From a virus: a stretch of 6,170 bases of DNA. How positions within the stretch are numbered: the stretch's first letter is position 1; every line of letters starts with the position of its first letter. The stretch covers positions 1-6,170 of IMG/VR virus record IMGVR_UViG_3300029130_000109. The stretch is one strand, 5' to 3'. Made by a program: the position numbers and the translations under genes. The notes under the pieces were generated by a model. It was not told the origin of the DNA, ran no database searches, and worked only from the letters and a program-made list of their open reading frames with translations. Shown in pieces: positions 5,745 through 6,170 of the stretch.

Positions 5745-5838
5745 AGCTTTTGTAAATTTTGTTAGTTAGTTGTTGTTTTGTCCATATCACCCCGTCTTCA
5801 TCTACGTAGGTGACCGGGAGATATTTTTTTGTTTTCAC
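5638..5838 (-). CDS. Hypothetical 66-aa protein with a GTG start (existence uncertain)
   Basis: It has no in-frame ATG. The GTG at 5838 lies 1 nt after the TAA of the 67-aa ORF. The composition is protein-like (KTKKYLPVTYVDEDGVIWTKQQLTNKIYKSYGTEIIEQKEFF). It conflicts with the 118-aa model over 5638-5744. Confidence 0.4.
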   Translation of the reverse strand: MKTKKYLPVTYVDEDGVIWTKQQLTNKIYKSYGTEIIEQKEFFNTYVHTIRRIGEVQEAPQQLNLF

Positions 5839-5839
5839 G

Positions 5840-6043
5840 TTAGTACGCTGCGTTGTTTGTTTTTGTTTTTATCCACACCTCTACCGAGTCTGCGTGTAAG
5901 CCTTTTTTGTGCAACATGTAACTTGCACTACAGCTCGTGAACATCAGTATTACTGTCACAAGCAAAGCAATTATCGAGATAATCACTTTCGCCCATGTCG
6001 GCTTCGTCTTTGCCCAGTTCAGAAATTGCTTGATGTACTCCAT
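5840..6043 (-). CDS. Small membrane protein or putative lipoprotein (67 aa); candidate lysis or exclusion factor
   Basis: It has an ATG start with an in-frame TAA 9 nt upstream. A basic n-region (KQFLNWAKTKPTWAK) is followed by an 18-residue hydrophobic helix VIISIIALLVTVILMFTS and then Cys. This gives an FTSC lipobox-like motif. The short polar tail after the Cys is SASYMLHKKGLHADSVEVWIKTKTNNAAY. Confidence 0.65.
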   Translation of the reverse strand: MEYIKQFLNWAKTKPTWAKVIISIIALLVTVILMFTSCSASYMLHKKGLHADSVEVWIKTKTNNAAY

Positions 6044-6170
6044 AACGTATTAGTTCTTCTTTGATTTGATTTAGTTTGTACTCGATTGTCCAGATGTCTT
6101 TTAATAAGGTTTCCTTTTTGAGGAGGAGCTCGCCCCAGCTCTGGCGCAGATTTTTGATTTTCCATTCTTT
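5928..6170 (-). CDS. Junction-spanning hypothetical coiled-coil ORF (83 aa), 5'-truncated here by the window edge, overprinting the start of the 67-aa ORF
   Basis: It is absent from the ORF track because its ATG (equivalent to position 86, or 6179) falls outside the right end. Hand translation gives MTNKEWKIKNLRQSWGELLLKKETLLKDIWTIEYKLNQIKEELIRYGVHQAISELGKDEADMGESDYLDNCFACDSNTDVHEL, with a TAG stop at 5928-5930. It overlaps 5840-6043 by 116 nt in a different frame. Confidence 0.5.
   Translation of the reverse strand, partial: KEWKIKNLRQSWGELLLKKETLLKDIWTIEYKLNQIKEELIRYGVHQAISELGKDEADMGESDYLDNCFACDSNTDVHEL
6094..6170. repeat. Right copy of the exact 77-nt terminal direct repeat
   Basis: Identical to 1-77. 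Position 6093 (g) precedes it and position 78 (g) follows the left copy, so the unit length is 6,093 nt. Confidence 0.97.

Larger units (their letters stand above)
1..6093 (-). other. Complete circular Microviridae (ssDNA phage) genome unit, 6,093 nt, with all genes on the minus strand of the window
   Basis: An exact 77-nt terminal overlap closes the circle. The VP1, VP2 and VP4 hallmark gene set is present in one orientation. The genome size is typical of the family. Coding density is very high, with 1-7 nt gene junctions. Confidence 0.9.

Noticed and set aside
1-6170. Search for tRNA, rRNA, CRISPR repeats, integrase, transposase, toxin-antitoxin or defence-system genes
   Set aside because: I saw no cloverleaf-like or spaced-repeat structures. 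Every ORF longer than 60 aa is accounted for by the phage gene set or by shadow frames, and the genome is too small and too densely packed to hold such cargo.

Overview
The window is one complete circular ssDNA phage genome of the family Microviridae, linearised with a terminal overlap. Bases 1-77 are identical to 6094-6170, so the unit length is 6,093 nt. All supportable genes lie on the minus strand, so the window is the reverse complement of the mRNA-sense, presumably packaged, strand. Three hallmark genes are recognisable directly from the translations. The major capsid protein VP1 (663 aa) is at 3162-5153. The Gly-rich pilot/minor capsid protein VP2 (384 aa) is at 1251-2405. The rolling-circle replication initiator VP4 is at 125-1063 and carries FMTMTF, HLHGF (HUH) and YCVKYVSK (two-tyrosine) motifs. 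The rest of the genome is tightly packed small ORFs of unknown function. Two sit between VP1 and VP2 (64 aa and 111 aa). A roughly 1.06 kb accessory module sits between VP4 and VP1 (5161-6093 plus 1-86). That module contains a lipoprotein-like or transmembrane 67-aa ORF, an 83-aa coiled-coil ORF that crosses the artificial contig junction and overprints the 67-aa ORF, and a run of translationally coupled ORFs with two competing gene models. GC-rich hairpins occupy each intergenic gap. The long VP1, the absence of Shine-Dalgarno motifs and the FTSC-type lipobox suggest a Bacteroidota-infecting, Alpavirinae-like microvirus, but I cannot confirm that without a database search. I saw no tRNA, rRNA, CRISPR array, integrase or transposase.
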